This document shows, in pieces, positions 19,572 to 31,226 of a DNA stretch of 64,000 nucleotides (its first letter is position 1; each line of letters starts with the position of its first letter). The translations under genes were made by a program, and so were the position numbers. The notes below the pieces were generated by a model. It made no database searches. It was not told the origin of the DNA and saw only the letters and a list, made by a program, of their open reading frames with translations. Location: the NCBI GenBank assembly GCA_044229975.1, contig JBGARZ010000005.1, positions 128,001 through 192,000 of the forward strand. Direction: 5' to 3'. Source of the stretch: Polyangiales bacterium. Its GTDB lineage: Bacteria > Myxococcota_A > Polyangia > Polyangiales > Ga0077539.

Positions 19572-22500
19572 TGGAAATCCATCCGCCACCGGAGGTCGGC
19601 GCCTGCGTTGGCGTTGACCGTTCCGAGCTGGTTGTTGGCGCTCTCCACCAGCGCCTGAACGCTGAGCCCGCCGCGCAACCGCAGGTCGGCGGTGAAGCGC
19701 GCGATGGGGCTCTCGCTGGCCGTGGTCGAGCCGCCGAGGCGCAGGCCATCGAGCACCTGCCGCCCGAGGTACACCTGCGGCTCGGTGCGGTTGGTGCGCG
19801 GGTTGTACGCGCTGCCGATGCGAACATCGTCGAACACCGGCAGCCAGCCCCGCAGGATGCGGTCGACGCCGAGGCCGCGAGAGGCCGCCTCCAGCGCGAG
19901 GGTCTGCGCGGCGTTGGCGGCGCCGATGCGCTCCAGCTCCAGGCGCGTCAGCCGGAAGAGCAGCATCAGCACGATGTCTTCCCGCGAGAGCGACGGCTCG
20001 GCGGAGAGGTCGACGGAGAACTGGTCGGGCGTCCCGTACGCGTGCAGCCCGACGCGCCACTGGCTGCGCGAGCTGTCGCCGGTGCGGCGCACCTCCGTCT
20101 GCGCGGCGACGTCGAAGCGGGCCGCCACCCGGTCGGGGTTGTCGAAGTCCACCACGCCACGACGAACCTCGAACTGGTTCTCGTACACGCGCAGCAGCCC
20201 GCGGGTGATGTGCATGCTGCCGACGATGCCGGGGCGTTGGAGGGTTCCGACGACGCGGAAGGGCCGCGTCTCGTCGAGGCGCAGCTCGGCGTCGACGATG
20301 TTGTTGGCGATGCGCATCGGCACGGGCGTGCGGAGCTGCACGTCGAGGCGCACGAAGTCGTTGGCCGGGTCGTACGCCGCCGGGGCGGCCTCGACGGTGC
20401 GCCCCTGCAAGCGCCCCGCGAAGTCTGCCGAGAGGGGGATGGGCCGCGTGTAGCGGGCGCGCGTGAGGTCGACCACCCCCTGGAGCAGCGGGAGCTCCTC
20501 GCCGCCCTGCCACCGCAGCCGGGCGTCCGCGTTGACCGAGAGCTCGATGCCCTCCTGCGGCGCCAGCGCGAGGTCGCGCACGAGAATGGGAACGTCCAGG
20601 CGGTCGAGGCGCGTGCCGTCGAAGCGCACCATCGCGGGCGAGTCGTCGCGCGTGAACTCCACACGCCCTTGTCCATAGCGAGCGCTCGCCCTCCGCAGGA
20701 TCGCCTCGCTGCCCTCCACGCGCAGGTCGAGCTCGATGTCCCGCAGCGGCGACGTGAGGCCCGCGAGGCCGAGGCTCGCGTCGTGGAGCTCGACGCTCCC
20801 AGACACCGACGGTCGATCGGGCGTACCGCGCGCCCGCAACTGCAACACCCCGACGCCCCGCCCGAAGGTCACCTGCGGGACCCTCGCCGACACCCGCGAC
20901 AGGTCCGCGTCGCCGCGCGCACGCACGTCGAAGCCCGTCACCGCGAAGTCCGCGCCGACGAAGGCCGAGCCCGCGATCCAGAGGCGCGTGCCGTCGGGCC
21001 CGACCAGCACCGGGCGCGCGAGGTCGAAGGGCGTCACCGGGGTCGTCGTGGTCGGCGCCAACCCGCACTCCGCCGCGTCGGGCGGCGCGAGCCACGCCAC
21101 GCCATCCCGGAAGCACAACGCCAGCGCCGCGCCCTGCCCGAGCGTGAGCGGCAGCCCCCGCACATGGACGTCGAGGGCGTTGAGGCGGGCGTGTCCGGTG
21201 GCGCGCGCGAGCTGGTCGAGGCGGGCCTCCTCGAGGGTGAGCTCGAAGCCCGCCGCCACGCGCGGGTCGGCGCCGAGGCGGGCGAGCATCGAGGGCGGCA
21301 ACCACGGGAGCAGGTCGATGGCGCTGCGCGTGGTGATGTGGGCACGCACGCCGCTGCTCCCCCAGGCGCGCTCCCAGGTCGGGTGCGACACCCCCAGCGC
21401 GTCGCGCCAGCGGCTCGCCTCCCACGGAACCATCAACGCCAGGCGCACCTGGAGCTGGTCGGCCAGCGCCCCGAAGTCCACCTCGATGCGACCCACCGGC
21501 GGGCGCTCGTCAGCGCGCGTGGGCAGCGGCCCCTCGGGGAGCTGCGAGACGTGCAGCACGAGGTCACCGAGCGGCCGATCGATGACGCGGAGGTCACGGA
21601 AGCGCGCGTCTCCGATGTACCGCGGCGCGTCGGGTGTCCCCTCGACGGTGACCAGCGCCGAGACGCTCCCGCTCACCGGCATGTGCCGCTCGCGAGCGAG
21701 GTCGAAGGCGGGCATCGGGACGTCCCTCACCTCGGCGACGAAGTGCATGGCGGCACCGAGGTCCATCGCGCCGCTCGCGCGGAGGTGGCCGCCGCCCTTG
21801 GTTCCCGTGAAGTGGTCGAGGTTGACCCGCGCGCCGCGCACGCCGTCCCGACGCCGCAGCCACACGTACGAGAGCGCCGCGTCGACGTCGCCGATTCGTT
21901 CGCCGAAGGCCGTGGCCTGGGCGCGGTGGATGGCGACGTCGGCGGTCATCACCCCGTCGCGGTCGTCGCCGGGTCGGCCGAGCACGTAGTCCACCGTGGC
22001 CTCGACCACGCCGCGCCCGTCGTACGACGCGAAGGTCGGGTCGCCCTCGAAATGAAACATGTTGTAGAAGTCGCCGAGCTCCATCGGATCGGCGTTCATT
22101 CGCGCCCCCGCCCGCAGCGAGAACTGGGTGAAGTCGAGGAAGGCGTTGTGCAGCGTGTACCGCGAGCGGCGGTGCGTGCCCTCCATCCGCACGCTGTCGA
22201 GGCGCTCGTCGCGGAGCACCCACTCGGTGCCGGGCGCCGTCCCGAGGTCGCCGAAGGGGAAGGTGTTGAAGGTGAAGTCGTCAACGTGGGCCACGCCGTG
22301 CACCCGCGGGTGGTCGAAGTCGTCGCTCACCGAGACCGTCGCGGTGGCCTCGCCCGAGATCGGGATGTCGGCGATGGAGCCGAGGTCGGCGAGGTGCATC
22401 CGCTCCACGACGAGGCCCTCGATCTTGAGGTCGGGGTCATGGCCGTCGGTGTCGTCGTTGTCGTGCGATGTCCGCGACCGGATACGGCGCACCGTCGCGC

Positions 22501-23938
22501 GCGACTGGCCGAACTGCACCACGCAGTCGTTCCAGGAGACCGCCTGGTCATCGATCTCCATGCGCAGGCTGATGTGCGCCCGCGGGATGTGCAGCACCGG
22601 CCGCTGCGGCAGCACGATGAAGAAGTCCCGCAGGATGGAGAAGTCGCGGGTCTCCATGTCGGGGAAGTTCGCGACGAGGCGCAGCGGCTTGAGCCCGCCG
22701 CTGAGGTGCGCGTCCCCCGAGAGCGTCCACAGCACCTTGGTGCGCGGCGTCATGGTGACGTCGTTCATGAGCTGGGTGAAGTCGAGCCCGCGGATGGCGA
22801 GCGTGCCCGCGATGGGCATCACGCCGGTGAGCCCGAGGCTCAACCGGTCGGAGTGCAGCGTGGCGCCGGCGTAGCCCGCCGAAAACTCCGTCGCCTCGAC
22901 GTGGGTCGGGTCGGCGGTGATGCGCGTGCGCAGCCGATCGCCGAGGTTGTACCGGAGCATCACCCCGGTGGTCTGATCGGGCGCGTGCAGCCCGACGCCG
23001 AGGCCGGTCACCACCGCGGTCGCGCGGAAGGCCCGCAGCGGCGCGGCGAGGTCGTCGACCGATCCCTGCACGTCGACGGTCACGGCGCCCTCCAGGTCGG
23101 GCGTCCCCGCCACGTTCGCAAGAACGTCCTCCAGATGCGCCTCCACCCGCGCGTCGAGGCTCAGCGCCCGCGCCGTCGGATCGAAGCGCCCCTGACGCAC
23201 CCGCACCGCCGTGCGACCCGCGAGCACCTGCGCCGAGGCGACGTCGATCACGCCGGTGCGCAGGTCGGCCGTGAGCCTCGCCTCCACGCGCGGGATGGAG
23301 CCCTTGAAGAAGGGGGTTCCGCCCGCGGAGTCCATGGCGAGCAGGCCCACCGACCAGCGCTGGCGCCCGAGGTTGAGCAGGTCGACGTCCACCGAGCCGA
23401 GGTCGAAGTTGCCCGCCACGGGATGGCGTATCCGCACCCGCACATCGCTGATCGCCACGTCGCGCAGCGGCACCTCGCCGCTCGTCCCACCGCCGCCGCT
23501 CCGTGTCACGGGCCCGCAGCGGAGCGCAACGGCTCCCCCCGCGCCGCGCTCGAAGGCGAGGTCGACGGTGCCGCCGTCCACGAGCACCCGCGACAGGCGC
23601 ACGTTGCCGCGGAGCAGGTCACCCAGCGAGGGGATCACCTCCAGCGACTCGACGGTCACCAGCGGCGCGCACCCCGGCAGCGGGCGGCGCACCTGGATGC
23701 TGCGAACCCGCACCGCGAGGTTGGTCGGCGAAAACCCCACGGAGCCGTAGGTGAGGTCGAGCCCCGTCGCGGCGAATACCTGGTCGTGTATCTCCTGCGC
23801 CACGCGGCGGGCGAAGCGGTCGCTGCGCACGACGAGCGCGGCCACCACCAGCCCGAGGAGGACGAGCGCCGACAACCAGCGAAACCGCGGGCGAAACCTT
23901 CGCGCGGCGCCGCTGGGTGAGGGTTCGGGGTCGGTCAC
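19568..23938 (-). CDS. tamB: Translocation and assembly module TamB/AsmA-like protein
   Basis: ~1450 aa; N-terminal TM anchor; C-terminal DUF490-like region (LSAEPSLSREDIVLML); overlaps the tamA start; GTG start inferred. Confidence 0.85.
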   Translation of the reverse strand: MTDPEPSPSGAARRFRPRFRWLSALVLLGLVVAALVVRSDRFARRVAQEIHDQVFAATGLDLTYGSVGFSPTNLAVRVRSIQVRRPLPGCAPLVTVESLEVIPSLGDLLRGNVRLSRVLVDGGTVDLAFERGAGGAVALRCGPVTRSGGGGTSGEVPLRDVAISDVRVRIRHPVAGNFDLGSVDVDLLNLGRQRWSVGLLAMDSAGGTPFFKGSIPRVEARLTADLRTGVIDVASAQVLAGRTAVRVRQGRFDPTARALSLDARVEAHLEDVLANVAGTPDLEGAVTVDVQGSVDDLAAPLRAFRATAVVTGLGVGLHAPDQTTGVMLRYNLGDRLRTRITADPTHVEATEFSAGYAGATLHSDRLSLGLTGVMPIAGTLAIRGLDFTQLMNDVTMTPRTKVLWTLSGDAHLSGGLKPLRLVANFPDMETRDFSILRDFFIVLPQRPVLHIPRAHISLRMEIDDQAVSWNDCVVQFGQSRATVRRIRSRTSHDNDDTDGHDPDLKIEGLVVERMHLADLGSIADIPISGEATATVSVSDDFDHPRVHGVAHVDDFTFNTFPFGDLGTAPGTEWVLRDERLDSVRMEGTHRRSRYTLHNAFLDFTQFSLRAGARMNADPMELGDFYNMFHFEGDPTFASYDGRGVVEATVDYVLGRPGDDRDGVMTADVAIHRAQATAFGERIGDVDAALSYVWLRRRDGVRGARVNLDHFTGTKGGGHLRASGAMDLGAAMHFVAEVRDVPMPAFDLARERHMPVSGSVSALVTVEGTPDAPRYIGDARFRDLRVIDRPLGDLVLHVSQLPEGPLPTRADERPPVGRIEVDFGALADQLQVRLALMVPWEASRWRDALGVSHPTWERAWGSSGVRAHITTRSAIDLLPWLPPSMLARLGADPRVAAGFELTLEEARLDQLARATGHARLNALDVHVRGLPLTLGQGAALALCFRDGVAWLAPPDAAECGLAPTTTTPVTPFDLARPVLVGPDGTRLWIAGSAFVGADFAVTGFDVRARGDADLSRVSARVPQVTFGRGVGVLQLRARGTPDRPSVSGSVELHDASLGLAGLTSPLRDIELDLRVEGSEAILRRASARYGQGRVEFTRDDSPAMVRFDGTRLDRLDVPILVRDLALAPQEGIELSVNADARLRWQGGEELPLLQGVVDLTRARYTRPIPLSADFAGRLQGRTVEAAPAAYDPANDFVRLDVQLRTPVPMRIANNIVDAELRLDETRPFRVVGTLQRPGIVGSMHITRGLLRVYENQFEVRRGVVDFDNPDRVAARFDVAAQTEVRRTGDSSRSQWRVGLHAYGTPDQFSVDLSAEPSLSREDIVLMLLFRLTRLELERIGAANAAQTLALEAASRGLGVDRILRGWLPVFDDVRIGSAYNPRTNRTEPQVYLGRQVLDGLRLGGSTTASESPIARFTADLRLRGGLSVQALVESANNQLGTVNANAGADLRWRMDFQ

Positions 23939-24046
23939 GGGGGAGGGTGCCTTCCTACCCCAATGTGCCCCGCGGTCGCGAGTCGGTGGTGCGTCGACAT
24001 TTGCCGCGGCCCCTGCGGGTCGATAGAGTCTCCGCCCAGTGCACTC

Positions 24047-25480
<1,434 letters not shown>

Positions 25481-25534
25481 AGAATCCTTCCCGCGCCCAC
25501 CGGCGTGACAGGATCGTCGGGTGCGAGATCGTCC

Positions 25535-26560
25535 ATGAAGCGCCTGGTGTGTCTGTCCCTGCTGGCTGCGTTGTTGGCCCCGCTGAGCGCGGCTGCGCAG
25601 TCGCCCCATGCGGACAGCCTGACGCTCTCCGTGGAGACCCGCGCACAGGACGCCTACCAGATCGGCCGTGACCGCTTTCGCACGGGAGACTTCGCGGCGG
25701 CCCTGGATGACTTCCGCCGCTCGCTCGACCTCGTCGACAGCCCCAACACCCGGATGTACCTCGGGCGCACGCTCCTCCAGCTGGGTCGGCTGCCCGAGTC
25801 GTACGCGACGCTCGACCGCGCGGCCGGCGACGCCGACCGTCGATCGGAGTCCGAGCCGCGCTACGCCGCGACCCGCGACAGCGCCCGCGCCGAGGCCGAC
25901 GACATCCGCCGGTCCATCGCCCTCGTCACCGTGCGCGTCGTGTCCCTCCCTGTCGGGGCCACGTTGAGGGTCGGCGGCGCGGAGGTTCCACGCACGGCCG
26001 TCGGCTTCCCGCTGCCCTTCATGCCCGGCGAGGTCATCGTCGAGCTCGACGCGCCGGGCTTCGCGCCCACGCGCGAGATCGTGATCCTTACTCCGGGCGG
26101 CAACGCCGTGATCGACCTTCACCCCCGGGTCGACGCCACCGCGGTCGCCAGTCCTTCGATGGCGTCGGTTGCGTTGCAAGCTCCCGCGTCGCGCGTCCTC
26201 CCGCCGCCCCCCCCCTCCCACTGGACCGCGCCGCGGGTGGCCGGTCTCACCCTGCTCACCGCGGGCGCGGCGACGGCCATCGCGGGCGTCGTCTTCGGGG
26301 TCTTCGCGTGGTCCGACCACCAGGTGCTGAGCAACCAGGTGGAGCTCGATCAAAGCAGCCCGCTCATCGCGCAGGGCGAGTTTCACCGCGACCTCGCCAA
26401 CGTGCTCATCGGCAGCGGTTCGGCGATGGCCGTCGGCGGTCTGCTGACCTACCTGCTCAACAGCCGCAGCACCGAGGCTCCGCCCTCGCGCCCGGCCCTC
26501 CAGGTCGGCGTCGGCGTCAGCGCCGTCGGCGCGACGCTACACCTCGGGGGCGCGCTGTGA
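25535..26560 (+). CDS. Secreted TPR + PEGA-like protein
   Basis: Signal peptide; TPR-like helices; PEGA-like beta domain; two Gly-rich hydrophobic helices and a terminal beta-hairpin. Confidence 0.8.
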   Translation: MKRLVCLSLLAALLAPLSAAAQSPHADSLTLSVETRAQDAYQIGRDRFRTGDFAAALDDFRRSLDLVDSPNTRMYLGRTLLQLGRLPESYATLDRAAGDADRRSESEPRYAATRDSARAEADDIRRSIALVTVRVVSLPVGATLRVGGAEVPRTAVGFPLPFMPGEVIVELDAPGFAPTREIVILTPGGNAVIDLHPRVDATAVASPSMASVALQAPASRVLPPPPPSHWTAPRVAGLTLLTAGAATAIAGVVFGVFAWSDHQVLSNQVELDQSSPLIAQGEFHRDLANVLIGSGSAMAVGGLLTYLLNSRSTEAPPSRPALQVGVGVSAVGATLHLGGAL

Positions 26561-27723
26561 CCCGCTCGTGGCTGCCGCTCGTCGCGACGCTCGGCTCGCT
26601 CTCGGGCTGCGTCCTCGACTTCGACCAGTTTCGCTCACCGAGCGGTACGCGCGACGTCGCTCCCGTCACCGACGCGGGCTTCGATGCGGGCTTCGACGCT
26701 GGTCTCCTCCCCGACGTGGGCACCGACACATCCGACATCCCTGCCATCGACGCGCCCCCGGCGCCCGACCGCGTCAATCCGCAGTGCAGCCCGGCCGCCA
26801 ACGCCTCCATTCGGGTCGCGCACATGGCGGTAGGTCACGGCGTCGTCGACCTGTGCATGCGACGCAACGGCGGCGCCCCGTACGCGCCGGTGATCTCCAG
26901 CGACTGGCCCGACCAGGGCGTGGGCTACGGGATGGTCTCCCAGCACGTCGCGCTCAACCTCCCGGTCACCACCCCCAACGACCGCTGGCAGTTCGCGCTC
27001 GTCCCGCACGGCGCCGACTGCACCGCGGCGGGGGGCGACGCCGGCGTCGCGCTCGCGACCCACTCGGTCACCATCGACCCGCAGAGCGAGTCGACCCTGC
27101 TCTTCACCTCCGAGGTGACCAACGACGGTCGGCTCCTCGGGCTCCTCGGGCTGCTCAACGACCAGCGCTGCACCAACTGCCCGAGCAACACGCTCGACGT
27201 GCGCGCCGTCCACGCGGCCTTCGGCGCCTCCGCCGAGCGCGTCGACTTCTCCATCAACTACAGCCTCCCGCCGTCGTACCCCGAGCCCTTCGTCAACGTC
27301 TTCTTCGCCACCAACGTGTCCTATGGACAGACGGCGCCGGTGGGCGGCGCGGGCTTCGACTGCGACCCCGACTGGCGCGTCGCCGCCGCGCTGCCGCAGA
27401 CCTACACGGTGCAGTTCGCGGCGCTCAACGTCTCCAGTGACATCCTCGCCCGCAGCGATCGCGTCGCGCTCAAGACCGAGCTCCTCCTGCGCTCGCGCAT
27501 GGCGACGCTGTTCTTCTTGGGAGGCGACAGCGTACGCCCGGCGCCGCCCGAGTTCGTGCTCTGTTACGAGGGCGCGCACAACGCGGGCATGACGGTGTGT
27601 GACCGCATCCCCGGCACCGCCGAAGCCCGCCCGACGACCCCGGACGGCGGCGCCACGACGCTCATCCGCGACGCCGGAGTGAGCCCCGCCGACGCCACCG
27701 TCGACGACGACGTGCTGCTCTGA
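26557..27723 (+). CDS. Lipoprotein (DUF4397-like domains)
   Basis: GTGA overlap; lipobox LSGC; IRVAHMA...VDLC and VRAVHAA repeats; DAGFDAGFDAG linker. Confidence 0.75.
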   Translation: MTRSWLPLVATLGSLSGCVLDFDQFRSPSGTRDVAPVTDAGFDAGFDAGLLPDVGTDTSDIPAIDAPPAPDRVNPQCSPAANASIRVAHMAVGHGVVDLCMRRNGGAPYAPVISSDWPDQGVGYGMVSQHVALNLPVTTPNDRWQFALVPHGADCTAAGGDAGVALATHSVTIDPQSESTLLFTSEVTNDGRLLGLLGLLNDQRCTNCPSNTLDVRAVHAAFGASAERVDFSINYSLPPSYPEPFVNVFFATNVSYGQTAPVGGAGFDCDPDWRVAAALPQTYTVQFAALNVSSDILARSDRVALKTELLLRSRMATLFFLGGDSVRPAPPEFVLCYEGAHNAGMTVCDRIPGTAEARPTTPDGGATTLIRDAGVSPADATVDDDVLL

Positions 27724-28003
27724 CCCGATACCCCTCGCCCACTCCCCGAAACCTCCAACGGGTTCGCCCGCTCCTCACCGTTGACGGAAGAGCCGACGAT
27801 TTTCCGGCGGTGGACGCACATCTGCCCCCGTCATGGACATGACATCTCGTCACGAGACCGACCTCGCGTCTTTGGTTCTCGTGGCGACAGCGCGTTGACG
27901 CCGCCACGACCTGCATTCCACGCACGGGTCGACCTTCGCGCATCTCTCGGTCTGCGTAGCGTATTCGCGCGACACGTCGGACGCGCCCGGCGCCTCGCGG
28001 GCC

Positions 28004-28020
28004 CTGGCACCAATCTTTCA
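28004..28020 (+). promoter_or_regulatory. Possible sigma-54-type promoter upstream of the sigma-28 gene
   Basis: CTGGCAC-CAATC-TTTCA: perfect -24 box, but -12 reads TTTCA instead of TTGCA. Confidence 0.35.
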
Positions 28021-28099
28021 TTGTGTCGTCGCCGATGCCTTTCTGCCGGAGAGTCGCGCGACCCCGTTCGACCCCACCCACCAACCAACGGGTTGATCA

Positions 28100-28834
28100 A
28101 TGAACGCAGTGGAGTTTCGGGTGTCCGCTCAACCAACGTGTCCGCCGGCGGAGCCCCGAACACGTGCGCAGCTCACCGATGAGCTCGCCAAGAAGTACCT
28201 CGTGCGGGTCATCGCCCACGCGAAGCGCCTCGCCCGCCGACTCCCTCCGCACATAGCCCTCAACGAACTCATCAGCGCCGGGCTGCTCGGCGTCGTCGAG
28301 GGCTTTCTCCGCTTCGATCACGACCGGGCCGAGAGCCTCGACGTCTACCTCGATCACCGCATCCGCGGCGCCCTCCTCGATGAGCTGCGCCGCGTCGACC
28401 CCCTGACGCGCGCCCAGCGCGGCTTTGCCCGCAAGCTTGGCCGCGCCACGCGCCACGCCACCGCCGCCGGCGAGAGCACCTCCGACGAGTCCCTGGCTGG
28501 TGCGCTCGGTCTCAGCCTCACCGACCTCCGCGCCCGCGTCTCCCAGGTGAGCGTCGCGATGGCGATACAGTCCACGGGCGAGCAGGACGGCGGCGAGCAC
28601 GTCGAGGACGAGTCGCCCTCGCCCGACGACGCCGCGTCCGCGCAGCAGGAGTACTCGCTTCTCTCCGACGCGACCGACGCCCTCACGCCGCGCGAGCGCG
28701 AGGTGCTGCGCCTCTACTACGAAGAAGGCCAGACCCTCCGGGAGATCGGTGCGCAGCTCGGCGTGACCGAGTCGCGCGTCTCCCAGATCCACACCCGCGC
28801 CATCCAGAGCCTGCGCACGATGCTCTCCCCCTAA
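28100..28834 (+). CDS. fliA: FliA/WhiG-family (sigma-28) RNA polymerase sigma factor
   Basis: LARRLPPHI..ELISAG..RIRGALLDELRRVD (region 2); LYYEEGQTLREIGAQLGVTESRVSQIH (region 4). Confidence 0.9.
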   Translation: MNAVEFRVSAQPTCPPAEPRTRAQLTDELAKKYLVRVIAHAKRLARRLPPHIALNELISAGLLGVVEGFLRFDHDRAESLDVYLDHRIRGALLDELRRVDPLTRAQRGFARKLGRATRHATAAGESTSDESLAGALGLSLTDLRARVSQVSVAMAIQSTGEQDGGEHVEDESPSPDDAASAQQEYSLLSDATDALTPREREVLRLYYEEGQTLREIGAQLGVTESRVSQIHTRAIQSLRTMLSP

Positions 28835-28964
28835 GGCTCGGCGCGTCGCGACACGCGCCGTCACTTCACTTCACACCACTCATCACCGATCGATCTTCTC
28901 TTGCAGTCGATTCAAAGCCACATGTGGCGCGCGTCACCCGTTGATTGAATTCGTCGCTCAAGCC

Positions 28965-28991
28965 TCAAGCTAGATCGTCCACGGTCGATAA
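28965..28991 (+). promoter_or_regulatory. Putative sigma-28 promoter for the kinase gene
   Basis: TCAA-N15-GTCGATAA versus consensus TAAA-N15-GCCGATAA; intergenic, directly after the sigma gene. Confidence 0.65.
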
Positions 28992-29119
28992 TGGAAAGGG
29001 AGGGGTCACGGCGCGACGTGTTTGTGACCGCGCAGCGGCCCCGGCTGCCCCGACGGCTCCTTCCAGAGACGGCGGGTGACTTTGGGGGACGGTGAGAGCG
29101 GGAGGAGGTCCGGGCGTTG

Positions 29120-30478
29120 ATGGGAGAGATGGTGCTGTTGAAGTCGGGAACGCTGGTGGCTTCCCGATACCGGGTGAGAGAGGTTCTTGGCCGGGGCGGC
29201 ATGGGGGCGGTGTACCGGGCGGACGACACGCGCACGGGCCACGTGGTCGCTCTCAAGGCGCTGCGCGAGGACATGTACGAGCGGGAAGACCTCGTGAAGC
29301 GCTTCGAGCGCGAGGCCCGCGCGGCGGCTCGCATCGGCCACGAGGGCATCATCGCGGTGCGTGCGGTCGGTCACGACGGGGCGCGGCGCACCCGGTTCAT
29401 CGTGCACGAGTACCTGCGCGGAGCGGACGTCGCCGGCTGCCTGGGTGAGCTCCGGTGCCTGCCGGTGCGGGCCGCCATCGCGATCACGCTCCGGGTGATG
29501 GACGCCCTCATCGCCGCGCACGCCGCGGGCATCGTGCATCGCGACATCAAGCCCGAGAACGTCTTCCTCCACGAGCTCGACGACGGGCGGGTGGTGCCGA
29601 AGGTGATCGACTTCGGCATCGCGAAGGTCAGCGACGAGCTCGATCGCATGGAGCGCGCCGCGACCGGCACCGTCGTGGGGACGCCCTGGTACATGTCCCC
29701 CGAGCAGGCCCAGGGTTCGTCCCTGGTCGACGCGCGCACGGACGTCTGGAGCGTCGGGGCCATGCTCTACGAGATGGTGTGCGGCTCTCCCCCCTTCGCC
29801 GGGTCAGACCCCGACGCCGTGATGGCGCAGATCATCTTCGGGCGGCCGACCCCCCTCCGGCACCACGGGCCCACCGTACCCACCGATCTCCAGGAGGTCA
29901 TCCACCGCGCGTTGGAGCACGACCTCGACCGGCGGTACGCCACGATGGCGGAGTTTCGCGCGGCCCTCGTCCGTTGCCAGCTCTGGAGCGACGTGACGCC
30001 GGCCGACGCCCAGTCGTTTCTGCCGCGACCGAGTTCGTTCGACACCCTGGCCGACGAGTCGGCGACACAACCCGAACCCGACCTCCTCGATCGAGCGCTC
30101 GTCGAGCCCGAACCCGTCACGCCGCCGAGCGCCCCTCTGCCCGAAGCCCCGCCGGAGCTCTCGTTTCCGAGCTCCCGGCCCGGTCGCTCGATCCCCAGCG
30201 CCGACGCCCTGACGATGCGCGGGCTCCACGACCGGCCCGCGGGGCACACACCCCCTTCCGGCGATACGTCCCCGGCGCCAACGCCACGTCGGCGCAAGGT
30301 TCACCCCGGGGTGGGCGTCGCGCTCACCATGCTGTTCGGCGCTGTCCTCGTGGCGGGCGTCACCCATTGGATCCACCGCCCGCTGCTCGATCATCTCTCG
30401 GGCCGACCCCGCGCCGGGACGACGTTTGCTCCGACCGGAGCACTTTCTGACTCAACCATGCGGGGCAACAGCCGATAG
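29120..30478 (+). CDS. Hanks-type Ser/Thr protein kinase with C-terminal TM
   Basis: GRGGMGAVY, VALKAL, HRDIKPEN, DFG, GTPWYMSPEQ; GGAGG RBS. Confidence 0.95.
   Translation: MGEMVLLKSGTLVASRYRVREVLGRGGMGAVYRADDTRTGHVVALKALREDMYEREDLVKRFEREARAAARIGHEGIIAVRAVGHDGARRTRFIVHEYLRGADVAGCLGELRCLPVRAAIAITLRVMDALIAAHAAGIVHRDIKPENVFLHELDDGRVVPKVIDFGIAKVSDELDRMERAATGTVVGTPWYMSPEQAQGSSLVDARTDVWSVGAMLYEMVCGSPPFAGSDPDAVMAQIIFGRPTPLRHHGPTVPTDLQEVIHRALEHDLDRRYATMAEFRAALVRCQLWSDVTPADAQSFLPRPSSFDTLADESATQPEPDLLDRALVEPEPVTPPSAPLPEAPPELSFPSSRPGRSIPSADALTMRGLHDRPAGHTPPSGDTSPAPTPRRRKVHPGVGVALTMLFGAVLVAGVTHWIHRPLLDHLSGRPRAGTTFAPTGALSDSTMRGNSR
30452..30478 (+). promoter_or_regulatory. Putative sigma-28 promoter for the GGDEF gene
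   Basis: TCAA-N15-GCCGATAG, 22 nt before the ATG, followed by AAGGAG RBS. Confidence 0.7.
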
Positions 30479-30500
30479 GTACAATTCAAGGAGCCCTGCC

Positions 30501-31145
30501 ATGATTCGTCCGCGCCCCCCCACCGAAGAGACCGCCTCCCGCGCGATCAACCACCACCGCGAGCTCGCCTGCCTCCTGGGGCACGAAGCGCGAGGGCCCG
30601 GCGCAGACGACCTCGACACCCTGCGCGACCTGGGGTGCACGCTGGAGCGGGAGATCGAGCGCTTCGAGGCGTCGAGCTTCGACGCGCTGACGGGGCTCGC
30701 CAACCGCAGCGGGCTCCTCTCCCTCGGCGAGGAGATGCTCTCCATCTCGCAGTCCGCCGACGAGGGCGCGGCGGTGCTCTTCATCGACCTCGAAGACTTC
30801 AAGCCCATCAACGAGCGCTTCGGCACGATGGCCGGCGACCAGGCGCTGCGCGACCTCGCGCGCATCCTCGAAGGCAACTTCCGCGGAAGCGACCTCGTGG
30901 CGCGGCTCGGCGCGGACGAGTTCTGCGTGCTCATGGCACCGTACAACGACAAGAGCGACGACTTCGGGGTGACCTCGCGGGTGCAGGCCGCCATCGACCG
31001 CTACAACGAGACGGCCGGGGTTCCGTGGACGCTGCACGTCCATATCGGGGGCGCGCGGTGCCAGCCGGGCATGGGGCTCGACCGCCTGCTCTCCCTCGCC
31101 GACGCACGCATGACCGAGGCGCGCGAGCGCTCCGAGGGGCAGTAG
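30501..31145 (+). CDS. GGDEF-domain protein (GADEF variant, RxxD I-site intact)
   Basis: DALTGLANR, FIDLEDFKPINERFG, RGSDLVARLGADEF. Confidence 0.9.
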   Translation: MIRPRPPTEETASRAINHHRELACLLGHEARGPGADDLDTLRDLGCTLEREIERFEASSFDALTGLANRSGLLSLGEEMLSISQSADEGAAVLFIDLEDFKPINERFGTMAGDQALRDLARILEGNFRGSDLVARLGADEFCVLMAPYNDKSDDFGVTSRVQAAIDRYNETAGVPWTLHVHIGGARCQPGMGLDRLLSLADARMTEARERSEGQ

Positions 31146-31226
31146 CGCGACGCCGTGTGGCGGCGCCTCCGCCCTTTGCGACGAACGGCGAGATGAACTA
31201 AGCAACGGCCTGAGGAGTAGCGCCGG

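Noticed and set aside
19571..23920. Very long antisense and alternate-frame ORFs (1449 aa here; also 16923-19658, 53093-55801, 60974-62944)
   Set aside because: Shadow ORFs caused by high-GC codon bias opposite clear genes, with no motifs.
28011..28038. Autoregulatory sigma-28 promoter for the sigma gene
   Set aside because: GCCGATGC is present but the -35 match and spacing are poor.
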